Shown here piece after piece: positions 22,591 through 35,749 of a stretch of DNA of 64,000 nucleotides (position 1 is its first letter; every line of letters begins with the position of its first letter). A program made the translations under genes and the position numbers. Source of the stretch: Octopus sinensis (lineage: Eukaryota); contig NC_043006.1 of the NCBI RefSeq assembly GCF_006345805.1, positions 89,032,001 to 89,096,000 on the forward strand, given 5' to 3'. The notes under the pieces were generated by a model. The model ran no database searches. It worked only from the letters and a program-made list of their open reading frames with translations, and was not told the origin of the DNA.

Positions 22591-25500
22591 CTACAGGATC
22601 ATGCTCAAAATGGTTTCGTCACTCGCACGCACCATCTTTGCAACATTCACCCATCTTTTTTTGAATCTTTCTCGAGACAAAACTTCCCTCTCCATTCTCA
22701 CCTTCCTTTTCAAGTGGTACTTGAAAAAGTTGATGAGCGATTGGCCAGAGAGGTAAGTGTTTGTCTCTAATCCTTTCGCTCGGGTCCACCACACACATTC
22801 TTTCACCATGGCCACCAGTACGATGAAAACTGCCTTGCCTTCCCGGATGAGGGAAGGGGGCGGAGCAATCCTTACGGTAGACTCGGCCGATAGGCGGTTT
22901 CGTGCCACACGTGACAGCAGCCGTTTGGCATAAGCCCACAGGTCTGAAATGGTTGGACATTGCACGAGTGCGTGCAGAACGGTTTCGTCGCTCTGACCGC
23001 ATCTCGGGCAAGTCGGTCCAGTGTGTCAGGAACCGTGTCTGTAGAGCTTATCCCGAACAGGTAATGCTTCTCGATAGCACTACCAGGCCAGGGATCTTTG
23101 GTGATTGTTCATAGGTCCCGGCCCGAAAGTTGTCCTGAACAGGCGGGTCAGGTGTTCCTCGTCTACGCCCAGACTCTGCCCGAGTTCGTCGTCGCACCTC
23201 CCCTCCACTAATCCTCTATAGAATGCCTTTGTTGTGATGGAGTCGCACAAGTTCGATCCCGGACGGCAGAGTTGCTTGAGAGCAACGCGACACTCGCGGT
23301 GCTATTCGCCCAGCCTCGGTCTCTGCTTGATCCATGATTGTAGTTCGTCCAAGGAGACGAGCTGCGGGAAGGCGCGCCGCACAAAAGGCGACCACACCTG
23401 TTCACCGTTGTCTATGAAGCGCCGGAGATGTCGCAGTCTCAGCGCATGTCTGCGCATCATCAACCACGGCATGCCCAGCCCTCCATTTAGCGGGTGTTGA
23501 CAGCAAATGGATCGCCTAACCATCGGAACGTTTTCCTTCCACAAGAAGCGGAAGAGTATACGTTCCGGTCAGACGATACTCGATGACGGATGCGATGTAC
23601 GCGTTCGCCACCTCCGCCCGACCTTTTAGGGATAGCTTTCTCTCAGCCCATTTCTGGGTGAGAGTAGCCACCCTAGTCGTTATCTCGCCCCAGTTCTTCT
23701 CCATTTGGAGGTCCGGACCGAGCCAGACCCCGAGCAATTTAACCGGTCCGTCTGTCCAGCGTCCCACGATGGAGACGCTGTTGGACGGCATGGGCCTGCT
23801 TCTCCAGGTGCCGAGCCGCAAGCCCACTGACTTTTCCCGGTTAATTTTTGCTCCCGTTACCGCTTCGTATTCTTTTAGTGTCTCGCCGACCAGCTCGATG
23901 TGCTGGTAGCTCGACACTATGACGGTGACGTCATCCGCGTATGCAGACACGCTCCTCCCGCATCCCAGCTCTCGTGGGATGCCCCTCAGCGTCGCCAGTT
24001 TCCGCAGTAGTGGCTCAAGAGTCAGTACATACAGCAGCGATGAGAGGGGGCATCCCTGACGAACCGAACGCATGATGTTAAAAGGTCTGGATAGATGACC
24101 ATTTACGCGAACTACTGAGCGGATGCCGCTGTATAAGGCAGCGATCCAACCGCGGAAAACTGGACCGAAACCAGCCGCTTTAAGGACAGCCTCCAAGTAG
24201 TCTACCCTATCGAAAGCTTTTGATTGATCCAAATTGATCAGCGCCCCACCCATGCCAGGATTTTTAACTACCCTGTCTATGATGTAGGGCATCAGATGGA
24301 GGTTGTCATGAATACTTCTACCCGGCACGGCGCATGTTTGCGCCTTGTCGATTAGTTTCTTGATGACAAGCGCCAACCTCTCGGCTAACACCTTGGCCAA
24401 AATTTTCAAATCTGCGTTGAGCAGAGTGATGGGCCTGAAATTATCTATGACGTCCCCCTTGTTTGGGTCTTTCTTAATCAGTGCCACTGCTCCTCGCTTT
24501 ACAAAAGCAGGAATACTCCCATTTTGCTGCCAGTTGCAGTAGACAGCTGCCAAGACGCCTCCAAACAAGTCTGGCATATGAAAATAAAGTTCGTAGGGCA
24601 GACCATCCAAGGCTGGTGACTTGTCTCTCGCGCAGCCTACCATCGCATCCTGTACGTCCGCAGCTGTGATAGGCCTTTCACAAGACTCCACCTCTCTTGC
24701 TGAGAGTCGTGGCAAGGCATGCAGGTAGGCACTAAAGTCCACTCTGCGTTCTGACCCACCACTTGTCCCAAACAGTTGGGTGAAGTGTTGTTGAAAAGCC
24801 CCACACATTCTTTTAGGCTCGAGCAATTCGCGCCCCTGTTCATCTATAAGAGACTTGATGGTGGCTCTGTTCCCTCGTTGCGTCTCCACCACTCGGGCCT
24901 CTTGGGCGGCTCCAACTCCTTCGTTCCTCAGAGCACGCATCCTAGCTCTGACAACGCATCCCTCGTGTTTGGCGTTGAGGTGTTGGTCGAGGGCCAATCT
25001 CGCCGCCAGCACGTTGGACGCGATGCCAGTTCTAAGTGCCTCTTCTAAAACCTTAACTAATTCTCCCTCTATTCTATTTCGGTCTAATGCTAGGGCTTTA
25101 CTGTATCTGACTGATTCTGCTTTAATTGCTTTTTTTAGGGCATACCACCATCTGTTGTTGATGATGGTACCCATCAAAGCTCTCTTAACTAATGTGCTGA
25201 TCCGGTCCCTGTAAACCTGTCGTGCTGTAAAAGACGCGTTCAGTTCCCAGTAACCAGGACCCTGCCTATGTGTCTTATCTAAGTCAAGTGTACAAGTCAC
25301 AAACTTGTGATCTGTGTAACTGACTATATGAAATTGTGGACAACCTACACTATTTTTATCTATTGTCCTACAGAATACTCTATCTAAGTATGATCTGGAC
25401 GATCCGATGCGGTTACTCCATGTCCACATTGGCACATTCGGGTGGTCCAGTCGGTACCTGTCAGACAGTTGGAAACGTCTGAGCAGGTCTTTGAGGCATT

Positions 25501-25987
25501 TGCATCCCCTTCTATTGCTATCTCTGCCCACGTAGTCTAGATGCGTGTCCAGGGTGGCATTCCAATCCCCCACTAAAAGTAAAGGACGAGACGTTCCCAT
25601 GAAAGACTCTAGACGTCGAAAGAAATCTGGTCGGCCTGTTAAGGACGGAGCATAAACTGCTATCAGTCGAAAAGCACACTCATTGCTGCCATCGACATCC
25701 AAAACGACCAGCCTACCCTCCGGGTCTAGGAAAATTGCTCTTACTTTGAGATCCAGACTCTTCCGGAGAAGCACCGCGGTACCACCTCCGCCCATTCTCG
25801 GTAGACACGGAGAAAAATGAATGTTGAAATGTATACCGAAACTGTGCTGGAGTGCCCGCAAGTTGTGGAGTCTGGTCTCACTGATGGCTATGATATTCAG
25901 ATTTAGTGACTTGATGTCATTTAACAGGTAGCCTTGTTTCCAAGGCGACCACAAGCCACGTACATTTATACTGCCTATTCTGAGCAT
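22591..25987 (-). pseudogene. ORF2 of Tx1-like copy A (APE endonuclease, reverse transcriptase, Cys-rich domain), disrupted
   Basis: 823-aa ORF 23516-25987: SINVRGL, LVGDWNA, SYLDR, YTDHK, KSPALDG, DQSKAFDRV, VRQGCPLS, AYADD. A deletion/frameshift near 23570 and a stop near 23302 follow; the frame continues to 22591. Confidence 0.92.
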
Positions 25988-26055
25988 GTTCCGATAAAAA
26001 ATTGCGTTTTACACACGAAAAGAAAGTGCAAAAAAAGAAAGAGAGAGAGAAAAGG

Positions 26056-28157
26056 TTATTTGTTGTTCGAAAGTCCTTTGTTTTTCACCTCACAGTCTTC
26101 TTCCATGAGGCTTTTGTATAGTTTCTTTGATGAATACTTTTGAAATCTCCCTACTGCATCAGGGTAAAGAGATTTCAGGGTGCTGTATGTGTTCTGTGTT
26201 ACGTGTATTATTTTAATGTGTTGTGGTGGTGTTGTGCGTGGGTGGTTACTTGTTTTTATGTCGTTTTCAGTTATGTTGGTGTTTGACCTAATGTGTTCAC
26301 TTAGGTCGTGATTGTTTGTGTTTATGGCTGTCAACATTGTTGGGGGGTTTGATGATGGTGTGTTTGTGTTGATGTGTTTGTTTTCTGTGGATGTTTTTGT
26401 TTCGGGAGTGGTGAATCTTCCTGCTTTGTTTGTTATCTTTTCTTTTCTTTTTTTTCCCCCTTTTTCTTCTCCCCCCTGTGGCTATTTGCCAATCTTCTGT
26501 GTCTTCTTCGTCTAATGACAAATCAGAAGAATCAGAGCTTGGAAGAGGGAAAATATTGGGGTCTATTGTAGACGGTGTTGATTTTGTTGTTGGTGTTGGT
26601 TGGTGAGCGTTAGGTTGTGGTGTATGCGGTTTTGGAGGTGGGGTGTGGGTATTTTGTGTTTGAGTGATTGTAGGTATTGTTGTGTTGTTTGGGGTGTCAC
26701 TTTTGTGGGGATTTGGAGTAGTAATTGTTTCTTCATTTTCGATGAGTGTCTTTTTGGCAGATGTCCTTGGTTTGGGAGTTGGTTTATTCTTGGTTTTGTT
26801 GTTGGTGGTGTTGCTTCTGTTCTTGGTGCAGTTGGTGTGGTTGTTTGGTTGGTGAGGTTTGTTTTTTGTTGATTTTCTGTGATTAGTCCTGTTCGTGCAA
26901 AACGTGGTGTGGGTAGAAAAGCTGGTTTATGTGTTTTTTCCGGCTGCTGTTGTTGTTGCGGTTGTTTTCTTGCGGCAGATTTGCAATCTTTTTTCAGGTG
27001 TTGCTCACTGCCGCATATGTAGCAACGTGGTCTTCTGCCATCGACGACCACATACAACTTGTGGTCTTCTGATACACATATCTGGGTGGGTATTTTCTTT
27101 ATGTCCTCTTGGTTTATATGTAGTAGAAATTCTACTTTTTTTCCCACCCAGTTTTTGTGCTCCGTGACCGTGGTTTCTAAAATTGTGAAATCTTTCATTT
27201 TCACACATAAGGCCTTTACTAGCCATAGATTATTCGCTATTTTTGGGACATTGTTTAAAGTGATCTTAGTCACTTTCTGTCCACGATAGCTTGGTGTTAA
27301 TTGCAGTTCATCTGAATGAAGAGTTAGCGTTGAGAAACGTTTTGCTAACTCTTCAGTGTGGAAGACCACTTGTATGTGTGCGAACTTGTTCCACCAGGTC
27401 ACATACTCTTTGTAGTTCCAAATGGGTTTCAAGCATTTTTCGATTTTGCTTGTGTTAGCCTTCTCTGGACTTTTTGTTTTCTTATTAATTATTTCATAAA
27501 TAATTGTTCTTTTTTTTTCATCTTCTAATATTTCTTGTGATATGTTTATTTTTACTATACCATCTACTTCTGTTATTAAAATGTTTGTGTCTTTTATTTG
27601 TTGTGCAGTAAAATATACTGTTGTCTTTTTTTCTTTTATCGCCTCGGCGAAATTTGTTGTCGTTTTGTTATTGTTGTTGCTGGTGGTGATGTTGTTGTTG
27701 GCTGCAGTTGGTAAAATCGGTGTATTTGGTTTGATTGTGCAAGTAGGAAGGGGTGGAAAATTACTTGCATAGTTTATCCCTGTATTCAAGCAGCTTTTGT
27801 CAATTTGTTTGGTGGTCACATTCTTTTGTTTATTCCCTTCAGTTCTTGTTGTTGGAGTAAAACAGGTCTGAACGGAATTGTTGTTGTTGTTATTGTTGTT
27901 TTTGTTGTTGGTGTTGGCGGTGGTGTCGGTGGCAGAAGAGATAGCCGTGGCAGAAGATGTCGAAATGGTGGCGCAATTTTTATTTTTGTTGTCATTGTTA
28001 CTGTTGTTGTTGTTGGTAGTTGAGGTAGTGGATGAGGTGGCAGCGGTGGTGGTGGGGTGGTGAAGGCGGTGGTGGTAACAGTAGTAGTCTCTTTGTTGTT
28101 CTTGTTAGTGGTGGTGGTGGTGACAGGGTTGTTACTACAAGTGGTTGCAGCGTTCAT
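26056..28157 (-). pseudogene. ORF1 of Tx1-like copy A (Thr/Asn/Pro-rich, CCHC zinc knuckle), frameshifted
   Basis: Pieces 27816-28157, 26563-27819 (RRPRCYICGSEQHLKKDC), 26297-26521 and 26056-26337. Confidence 0.85.
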
Positions 28158-28659
28158 TGCAAAGTCATTGATGATTTCACTTTGCGTGCATAAATTCTTC
28201 TATTCTCCTAGCGTTTCCAGACTAGGAGAAAGCTGGTCGATAAAGGAACGCGACCATCGTTCTACAATACAATTTCTTTTGGGGGATGAAAAAAACAAAA
28301 AACAAGAGGGGTGGCGTAGGTTTTCGATCAAGAGGGATCGTAAAGGGGAAGAAAAGAACAAAAAAAATGATAATAAAATAAAAAAGAAAAAAGAAAAATA
28401 AAAAAAGAAAAGGAAAAAGGAACAAAAGAAAGAGAAATGAAAAAAGAAGAAAAAGGGGAAAAAAGGGGAAGAGAAAAAAAACGATCAATAGGGATCGTGT
28501 ATCACAGTGTTATGATATATGGTGTAAAGTGGAAAGCAAGTAAGGTTTATCCGTGGAAGAAAAGCCTACGAAAAAGACCACGTAACCTTGGTCAATGTTA
28601 TATGTTACCACATTTGTTTGCAAGTGGGTAACCCTCTGTTTTCAATTTCTGGGTTCATG

Positions 28660-31600
28660 GATTATGCTCAAGTGGCTTCGTCATTCATACGTGCCATCCT
28701 TGCTACATTCACCCATCTTTTTTTTAAACATTCGCTAGACAAAACTTGCCTCTCTACTCTCACTTCCTTTTCAAGTGGTACTTGAAGAAGTTGATGAGAG
28801 ATTGACCAGAGAAGAAAGTGTTTGTCTCCAATCCTTTCAAACGCGTCCACCAGATACATTCTTTCGCCATAGCCACAAGGATGATGAAAATAGCTCTTCC
28901 TTCCCGTTTGAAGGAAGGAGGCGTGACAATATTGACGATAGACTCAGCTGATAAACCGACTCGTCCCACACGTGACAGCAGTTGTTCGACATAAGCCCAC
29001 AGGTCGGAAATTTTTGGACACTGCACGAGTGCATGCAGAACGGTTTCGTCGCTCTGACCGCATCTCGGGCAGGTCGGCCTCGTGTTTCTCGAGCCGTGTC
29101 TGTAGAGCTTATCCCGAACGAGTAGCGCTTCTCGGTAGCACTGCCAGGCCAGGGATCTCTGGAAGTTGTCCATGGGCCCTGGCCCGAAAGTCGTCCTGAA
29201 CAGGCGGGTCAGGTACTCCTCGTCGACGTCCAGGTTCGCCCCGTGCTCGTCGTCGTACCTCCCCTCCACTAATCCCCTATAGAATGCTTTGGTTGTGTTG
29301 AAGTCACTCAAGGTCGACCCAGGACGGCAGAGTTGCTTGAGAGCAACGCGACACTCGCGGTGCCATTCGCCCTTCCTCGGCCTCTTTTTGATCCACGACT
29401 GCAGTTCGGTCATGGAGACGAGTTGCGGGAAAGCGTGCCTCACAAACGGCGACCACACCTGTTCACCGTCGTCTACGAAGAGCCTGAGATGTCGCAGTCT
29501 CAGCGCGTGTCTGCGCATCATCAACCACGGCATGCCCAGTTCTCCTTTTAACGGGTGTTGACAGCAAATAGATCGCCTGACCATCGGGACGCATCCTTTC
29601 CACAAGAAGCGAAAGAGAATGCGATGTAGTTTGGTGATGGTAGGGTCGGGACAAGGCACGACGGTCAGGCGGTAGTAGATGACGGACGTGATGTACGTGT
29701 TCGCCACCTCCGCCCGACCTTTTAGGGACAGTTTCCTCTCGGCCCATTGCCGGGCGAGAGTGACCACCCTATTCGTTATCTCGTTCCAGTTCTTCTCCAC
29801 TTGGAGGTCCGGACCGAACCAGACCCCGAGCAACTCAACCGAGCCGTCGGTCCAGCGTCCCACGACGGAGGCGCTGGTGGACGGCATGGGCTTGCTTCTC
29901 CAGGTGCCTAGTCACAAGCCCACTGACTTTTCCCGGTTGATTTTCGCTCCTGTCACCGCTTCGTAGTTTTTCAGTGTCTCGCCGACCTGCTCGATGTGCT
30001 AGTGGCTAGACACTATGACGATGACGTCGTCCGCGTATGCAGACACGCTCGTTCTGCATCCCAGTTCTCGCGGGATGCCCCTCAATGTTGCCAGCTTCCG
30101 CAATAATGGCTCGAGAGTCAATACGTATAGAAGCGACGAGAGGGGGCATCCCTGACGGACCGAACGTGCGATGTCGAAGGGTCTCGATAGATGTCCATTC
30201 ACGCGAATTACCGAACGGATGCCTCTGTACAAAGCGGCTATCCAGCCGCGGAAGACGGGACCGAAGCCAGCCGCTCTGAGGACCGCCTCCAAGTATCGAT
30301 GGTCCACCCTATCGAAAGCTTTCGATTGATCCAAATTGATCAGCGCCCCACCCATGCCAGGTTCGTTAACTACCCTGTCTATGATGTAGCGCATCAGGTG
30401 GAGGTTGTCATGGATGGTCCGGCCCGGCACGGCGCATGTTTGCGCCTTGTCGACCAGTTTCTCGATGACAAGCGCCAACCTCTTGGCTAGCACCTTGGCC
30501 AAAATTTTCAAGTCTGCATTAAGCAGAGTGATGGGCCTAAAGTTATCTATTACATTTCCCTTGTTTAGATCTTTCTTCAGCAGTGTTACGGCTCCTCGGC
30601 TCACAAAACCAGGAATGCTCCCGTTTTGCTGCCAGTTGCAGTACACCGCTGCCAAGAGATCTCCAAACAAGTCTGGCATACAATTGTAAAGCTCGTAGGG
30701 TAGACCATCCAAACCCGGTGATTTGTCCCTCGAGCATTCTGCCATCGCGTCCTGCACTTCCGCCGCCGTGATGGCACCTTCGCAGCACCCTGCCTTTCTT
30801 GTCGAGAGTCGTGGTAGGCTATGTAGGTAGGCACTGAAGTCCACCCTACGTTCTTGCACTCCACTCGTCCCGAACAGTCGGGCAAAATGCTGCTGAAAGG
30901 CCTCACACATTTTACTTGGCTCGAGCAATTCGCGCCCCTGTTCATTTACCAGGGACCGAATGGTGGCTTTGTTGCCCTGTTGCGCCTCTGCCACCCGGGC
31001 CTCTCTCGCGGCTCCAACACCTTCGTTCCTTAGAGCACGCATCCTAGCTCTGACAGCACATCCTTCGTGTTTGGCGTTGAAGTGTTGGTCGAGAGCCAAC
31101 CTCGCCGCCAAAACGTCGGATGCGATGCCGCTTCTAATTGCCTCTTCTAGCTTCTTAACTAGCTCACCCTCTATTCTATTTCTATCTATGGCTTGTGCTT
31201 TGCTGTACCTAATCGCTTCTGCTTCTACTGCTCTCTTGAGGGCAAACCACCATTTGTTGTTGATGATGGCTCCCGTCAAAGCCCTCTTTACTAGTGTGCT
31301 AATCCGGTCTCTGAAAACCTGTCTCGATGGGAAAGACGCGTTTAGTTTCCAGTATCCGGGACCCTGCCTAAGTGTCTTACCTAAGTCTAGCGTACATGTC
31401 ACAAGTTTGTGATCCGTGTAGCTGACTATGTGGAATTGTGGACATCCTATGCTATCTCTGTCTACTGTCCTACACAGTATCCTATCTAGATACGATCTCG
31501 ACGACCCGATGCGGTTGCTCCATGTCCACGTTGGCGCATTCGGGTGGTCTAGTCGGAACCTGTCAGACAGTTGAAAGCGTCTGAGCAGGTCTCTGAGGCA

Positions 31601-32087
31601 TTTGCATCCCCGTCTATTCCTATCTCTACCCACGTAGTCTACATGCGTGTCCAAGGTAGCATTCCAATCCCCACTAAGAGTAAGGACGAGACGTTCCCAA
31701 GAATACTTCTAGACGTTGAAAGAAATCCGCCCGACCTGTTAAGGGCGGTGCGTAGACTGATACGAGTCGAAAAGCGCACCAATTGCTGCCGTCGACATCC
31801 AGGACGACCAGTCTACCCTCCGGGTCTACGAATATTGTCCTTACTTTGAGATCCAGACCCTTGCGAAAAAGTGCCGCGGTGCCACTACCGCCCATTCTCG
31901 GCAGACAGGGGGGAAAATAAATGTTGAACTGTCCGCCAAACATGGTCTTTAGGGCCCGCGGATTGTGGAGTCTGGTCTCACTTATGGCTATGATTTCTAA
32001 CTTATGTGACTTTATGTCATTTAAGAGGTACCCTTGTTTCCAAGGGGACCCCAAGCCACGCGCATTTACACAACCAATCTTGATCAT
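28660..32087 (-). pseudogene. ORF2 of Tx1-like copy B (APE-RT-Cys-rich), disrupted
   Basis: Pieces 31674-32087 (CVNARGL), 29999-31654 (KSPGLDG, DQSKAFDRV, AYADD) and 28760-29887 (CPRCGQSDETVLHALVQC). There is a frameshift near 31680, two stops at 29910-30001 and a frameshift near 28760. Confidence 0.92.
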
Positions 32088-32131
32088 AATCCTAATGAAT
32101 TAGAATACAAGTGAAAGGAACAGAGGGTTAC

Positions 32132-34132
32132 TTACTGCTCGAAAGTTTTTGCTTTCTCCTCCTTTGGTTTGTTCTCGAGGAGATCCCAGTACAGTTTCTT
32201 TGTGAGATATTTTTGGCATTTACCAACCGCACTGGGGAAAATGCCTTTGAGTGTGTGGTGCAGACTTTTGGAGATGTGTAATATTTTGATGTGGTCTGGT
32301 GGTGTTGTGTATGGGTGATTGTTTGTTTTTATGTCATCTTCTGTTATGTTTGTTTTTGATTGGATGTATTCCATCAAATTTGTGTTTTTGGTGTCTATAG
32401 CTATGAGCATGTTTGCTGTATATATTTTTGTGGTGTTGGTGTGGCTGTTGTTTGTGTTGGGTTTTGAAATGTCTTCGGGAGATGTATTTTCCCCTGCTTT
32501 GTTCGTGTTTGCATTTGGTTTGGTTGTGTTTCTGCTCTTTATTTTCCTTCTTTTTGTAGCTATTTGCCATTCCTCACTGGTTTCGTCTTCCGACGAAATT
32601 TCTGAGGAATCAGTAGGGGGTAGGGGTATGTTGTAGGCTTCTATGTATGTCTGTGTAAGTGGTTGTGCTGTTGTTTTCGTTGTTGTTGGTTGTTGAGTGT
32701 TTGTGTGTGTTGAGTGCGGTATAAGGGATGGGGGATCAGTTTTTGTGTGTTTTCTTTGTTTTTCTGTTCCTTTGGTTCTTGCTGTTGTTGGTGGTGTTGG
32801 TATTTTTTCAGGTGTTGAGTGGTTTTTGGTTGATGACGGATTAGCTTGGTGTGCTTCTCTTGTCGTCTTCTGTGTTGATGGTGGTGTGGGTAGTAGAGCT
32901 TTTTTTCCGGAGTGCTTTGGTTGTGGTAGTAGTTGTTGTTGTTGCTCTTGGTGTGCAGTGATTGGGCACGTCTTTTTCAAGTGTTTCGCTTCCACACAAA
33001 TAGCAGCGTGGTCGCCTGCCCTCTACCACTACATAAAGTTTGTAGCCTCCAGGCAGTTCTATAGTGGAGGGTATCTTCTCTCTTGCTGCTTCATCCAATT
33101 GAAGAAGGAATTCGATTGATTTTCCCACATAGTCTTTCTCTCCTAGAACAGCGATTTCAAGGATGTTTGTCTCTGACATTGTCTCTGTCATTTCAAAGCA
33201 GATGGCAGAGACTAACCATTGTGTTTCGACTTCAAGGGGTACATTTTTTTATTTGGACTTTCGTGACTCTCTTGTTTAAATAGATTGGTATCATTACCAA
33301 ATCGTCCGAATGCAGCTCCAATGTGGAAAAACGTTTTGCTAAATTTTCGTTGAGGAAACGTACTTGGACTGTACCAAATTTATTTCCCCAACTGATATAT
33401 TCCTTGGAGTCCCATGCATGACGAAGGCATTTTTCAATTTTTTCCTGTGGTGCATTTTCTGGTCGTCTTGTTTTCTTGTTTATTACTTTATAAATTATTG
33501 TTTTTTATTGTGTGTTTTCCACGATGTGTTGTGGAATGTGAAGGTGCAATTTGTCTCCTTCTTTGGTGAAGAGTGCTTTTGTGCGGTTTATTTCCTGTGT
33601 GGTGAATTTTACAAATGTTCGTTTTTGTTTTGTCACATCCGCGAAATTCGTTTTAAATTTGGCGGTGTTAGCAGCAGAAGGGTTAGTTGTAGGAGTTGAA
33701 GTCGTGGTAGTGGTGTTGGTGTTGGTGTTGGCGGTGTTAGCAGCAGAAGGGTTAGTTGTAGCAGTTGAAGTCGTAGTAGTGGTGTTGGTGTTGGCGGTGT
33801 TGTCTTTGGTAGGCGGCTTTGCCCATTTCGTTGTCGTTGTTGGTGGTGGTGATGGTGGTGGTGCTGGCATTCATGTTTTCGTCTGTATTCGTTTTTGAAA
33901 TCCCTTTCTCCGTTCTTTTATCATCGACAAGTGGTGTAGGGAGTGGGGGGAAATCTAAGTTAATGTCTTCGGTCGCGACGTTAGTTTTGCTGTTGTTGTT
34001 GTTGGTGGTGGTGTTGGTGGTGACAGCGGTGTTCAAGCTGCGAGGTTTAGCAGCTAGTGGTAGCAATAGTGTTTCGCTACCGTTCTGCATGACTGGCGAG
34101 CTAGCCACGTGGTTTCTAGTTGCCATTTTCAA
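32132..34132 (-). pseudogene. ORF1 of Tx1-like copy B, frameshifted
   Basis: Pieces 33752-34132, 33505-33870, 32841-33191 (RRPRCYLCGSE) and 32132-32995; the C-terminus is homologous to copy A ORF1. Confidence 0.85.
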
Positions 34133-34343
34133 AATGAAGAATGGCTAAAAAGAACCAACGAAAGTTTTGAAAGTTTTTGGTAATTTCGCCCATATAGGGG
34201 CGGAATTCTACGTGAATAATTCTCAGGTTTTTTAGTGAATGAACTTGCACAACGATTAAAACAATATATTTGACAAGGAGTTTTAAACATGTAAAAGTGG
34301 CCAACTTACGTGGAGCCGATATGACTAGCGTCCGTCCATTGTG

Positions 34344-34471
<128 letters not shown>

Positions 34472-34570
34472 GATTTTGATTCCTGGGCCGAGTGATGTGT
34501 TATGTTCTTGAACGAAACACTTCATTTCACGTTGCTCCAGTCCACAGAACTGGCAAAAATGACTAATTCT
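34472..34570 (+). mobile_element. SINE family A fragment lacking its head
   Basis: ACACTTCATTTCACGTTGCTCCAGTCCAC..GGCAAAAATGA matches family A. Confidence 0.7.
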
Positions 34571-35004
34571 GAGACAGACCAGCCTCACACACATACAAAT
34601 ATTCATATATGTGTGGAGGGATTGTATGCGTGTATATTGCACTTTCCGATACAAGCTGAAATATGCTTCAATTCCGCAATATTTTCAAACGAAAGTAAAA
34701 TTTGAGTGTTAGATGTTCAATATTTAGTTTAGATATGAGAAAATGTTGAACTTTTAAACTCTTAATAAGGTTTTCTCTTATAACGTTCGAATTTGAAGAA
34801 GTTACTATCAAAGAGGGAGAGAGAAGAAGAAATGAAATGATAAATTCCTAATAAGGTAGGAATAATGTTTTATTGGTTTTGGGGTATTTAATTTTTTTTT
34901 TTTTTTTGCTTTCGCATCCGTATTATTCAAATTTCAATTGATTTTTTTATTTTATGTTTTTCTTTCAGAGATGAAGTTGAAAGGAAGTAGAGATAGAACT
35001 TAAA

Positions 35005-35234
35005 CCCTTTGAACCTGCGATTACGCTTTAGCAGGCGCGATTTCGTTTGACTGTACACCCTGGAAGATGCTAAAGTGGACGGCCTAATAGTTTTGTTTAC
35101 TGCTCGCTAATTGGCAGAAACATTGATATTTTCAGCTGTAAACATAAAACCATGCGTCCGCCCATTTTTACATCTTCCAAGGGTATAATCAAACGATATC
35201 GCACTCGCTAAAGCATATCCGCAGGTTGAAAAGG
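35005..35234. mobile_element. piggyBac-like MITE with about 80-bp imperfect TIRs
   Basis: Left arm CCCTTTGAACCTGCG..GGAAGATGCTAAAGTGG matches the reverse complement of the right arm; TTAA right flank and (T)TAAA left flank. Confidence 0.7.
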
Positions 35235-35749
35235 TTAAAAGTAGAGAGGAGGAGAAAAGAGAATAGAGAAAGAAGGAAAGGAAGAAAGCATGTAAAGAAT
35301 GTAAAAGATCTGTAAGTTAAGTCTATGATTTTGACAAAGTTTTGTAGATTTTTAAACATAAAATTAAAATATAATTTATGGCTTATTTGTGATTTGTATA
35401 GATCGATAAAGTTGATGGCTTTTGAAAGGTAACAGATGAATGAGACAAAGAGACAGGCTAACGGTAAGGGTTGCTTTTTTGAGTTGTAGAAATATTGAGA
35501 AGAAAGAGAGAGAAGACAAAAAAAAAACGAAGAAGAAGAAGAAGGACAACAACAACAACAGCTACTACTACTATTACTAATACTACTACAATCTTTCGTT
35601 AGCCATAATATCTCGAATAGATACAATATAATATCATTTATGTTAGAGAACATGGGGTTCACAAAATACCGGGTAGAGTTAGACAATTTTTTATAGAAAA
35701 CATCGCAAGTGTGGAGATGTTATACGATTGACAGATAAGAAAAAAATGA

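Larger units (their letters stand above)
22291..28190 (-). mobile_element. Tx1/L1-clade non-LTR retrotransposon, copy A (slightly 5'-truncated)
   Basis: ORF1 with CCHC knuckle and ORF2 APE-RT-Cys-rich. The 3' end is AGCC-CTGTGT-GGCT hairpin, AATAAAAGAAAGT, then (TATC)n. Confidence 0.92.

Noticed and set aside
23234-31412. Plus-strand ORFs overlapping the Tx1 ORF2s (also minus-strand ORFs over the Dong elements)
   Set aside because: Antisense shadows of GC-richer coding sequence; short and without motifs.
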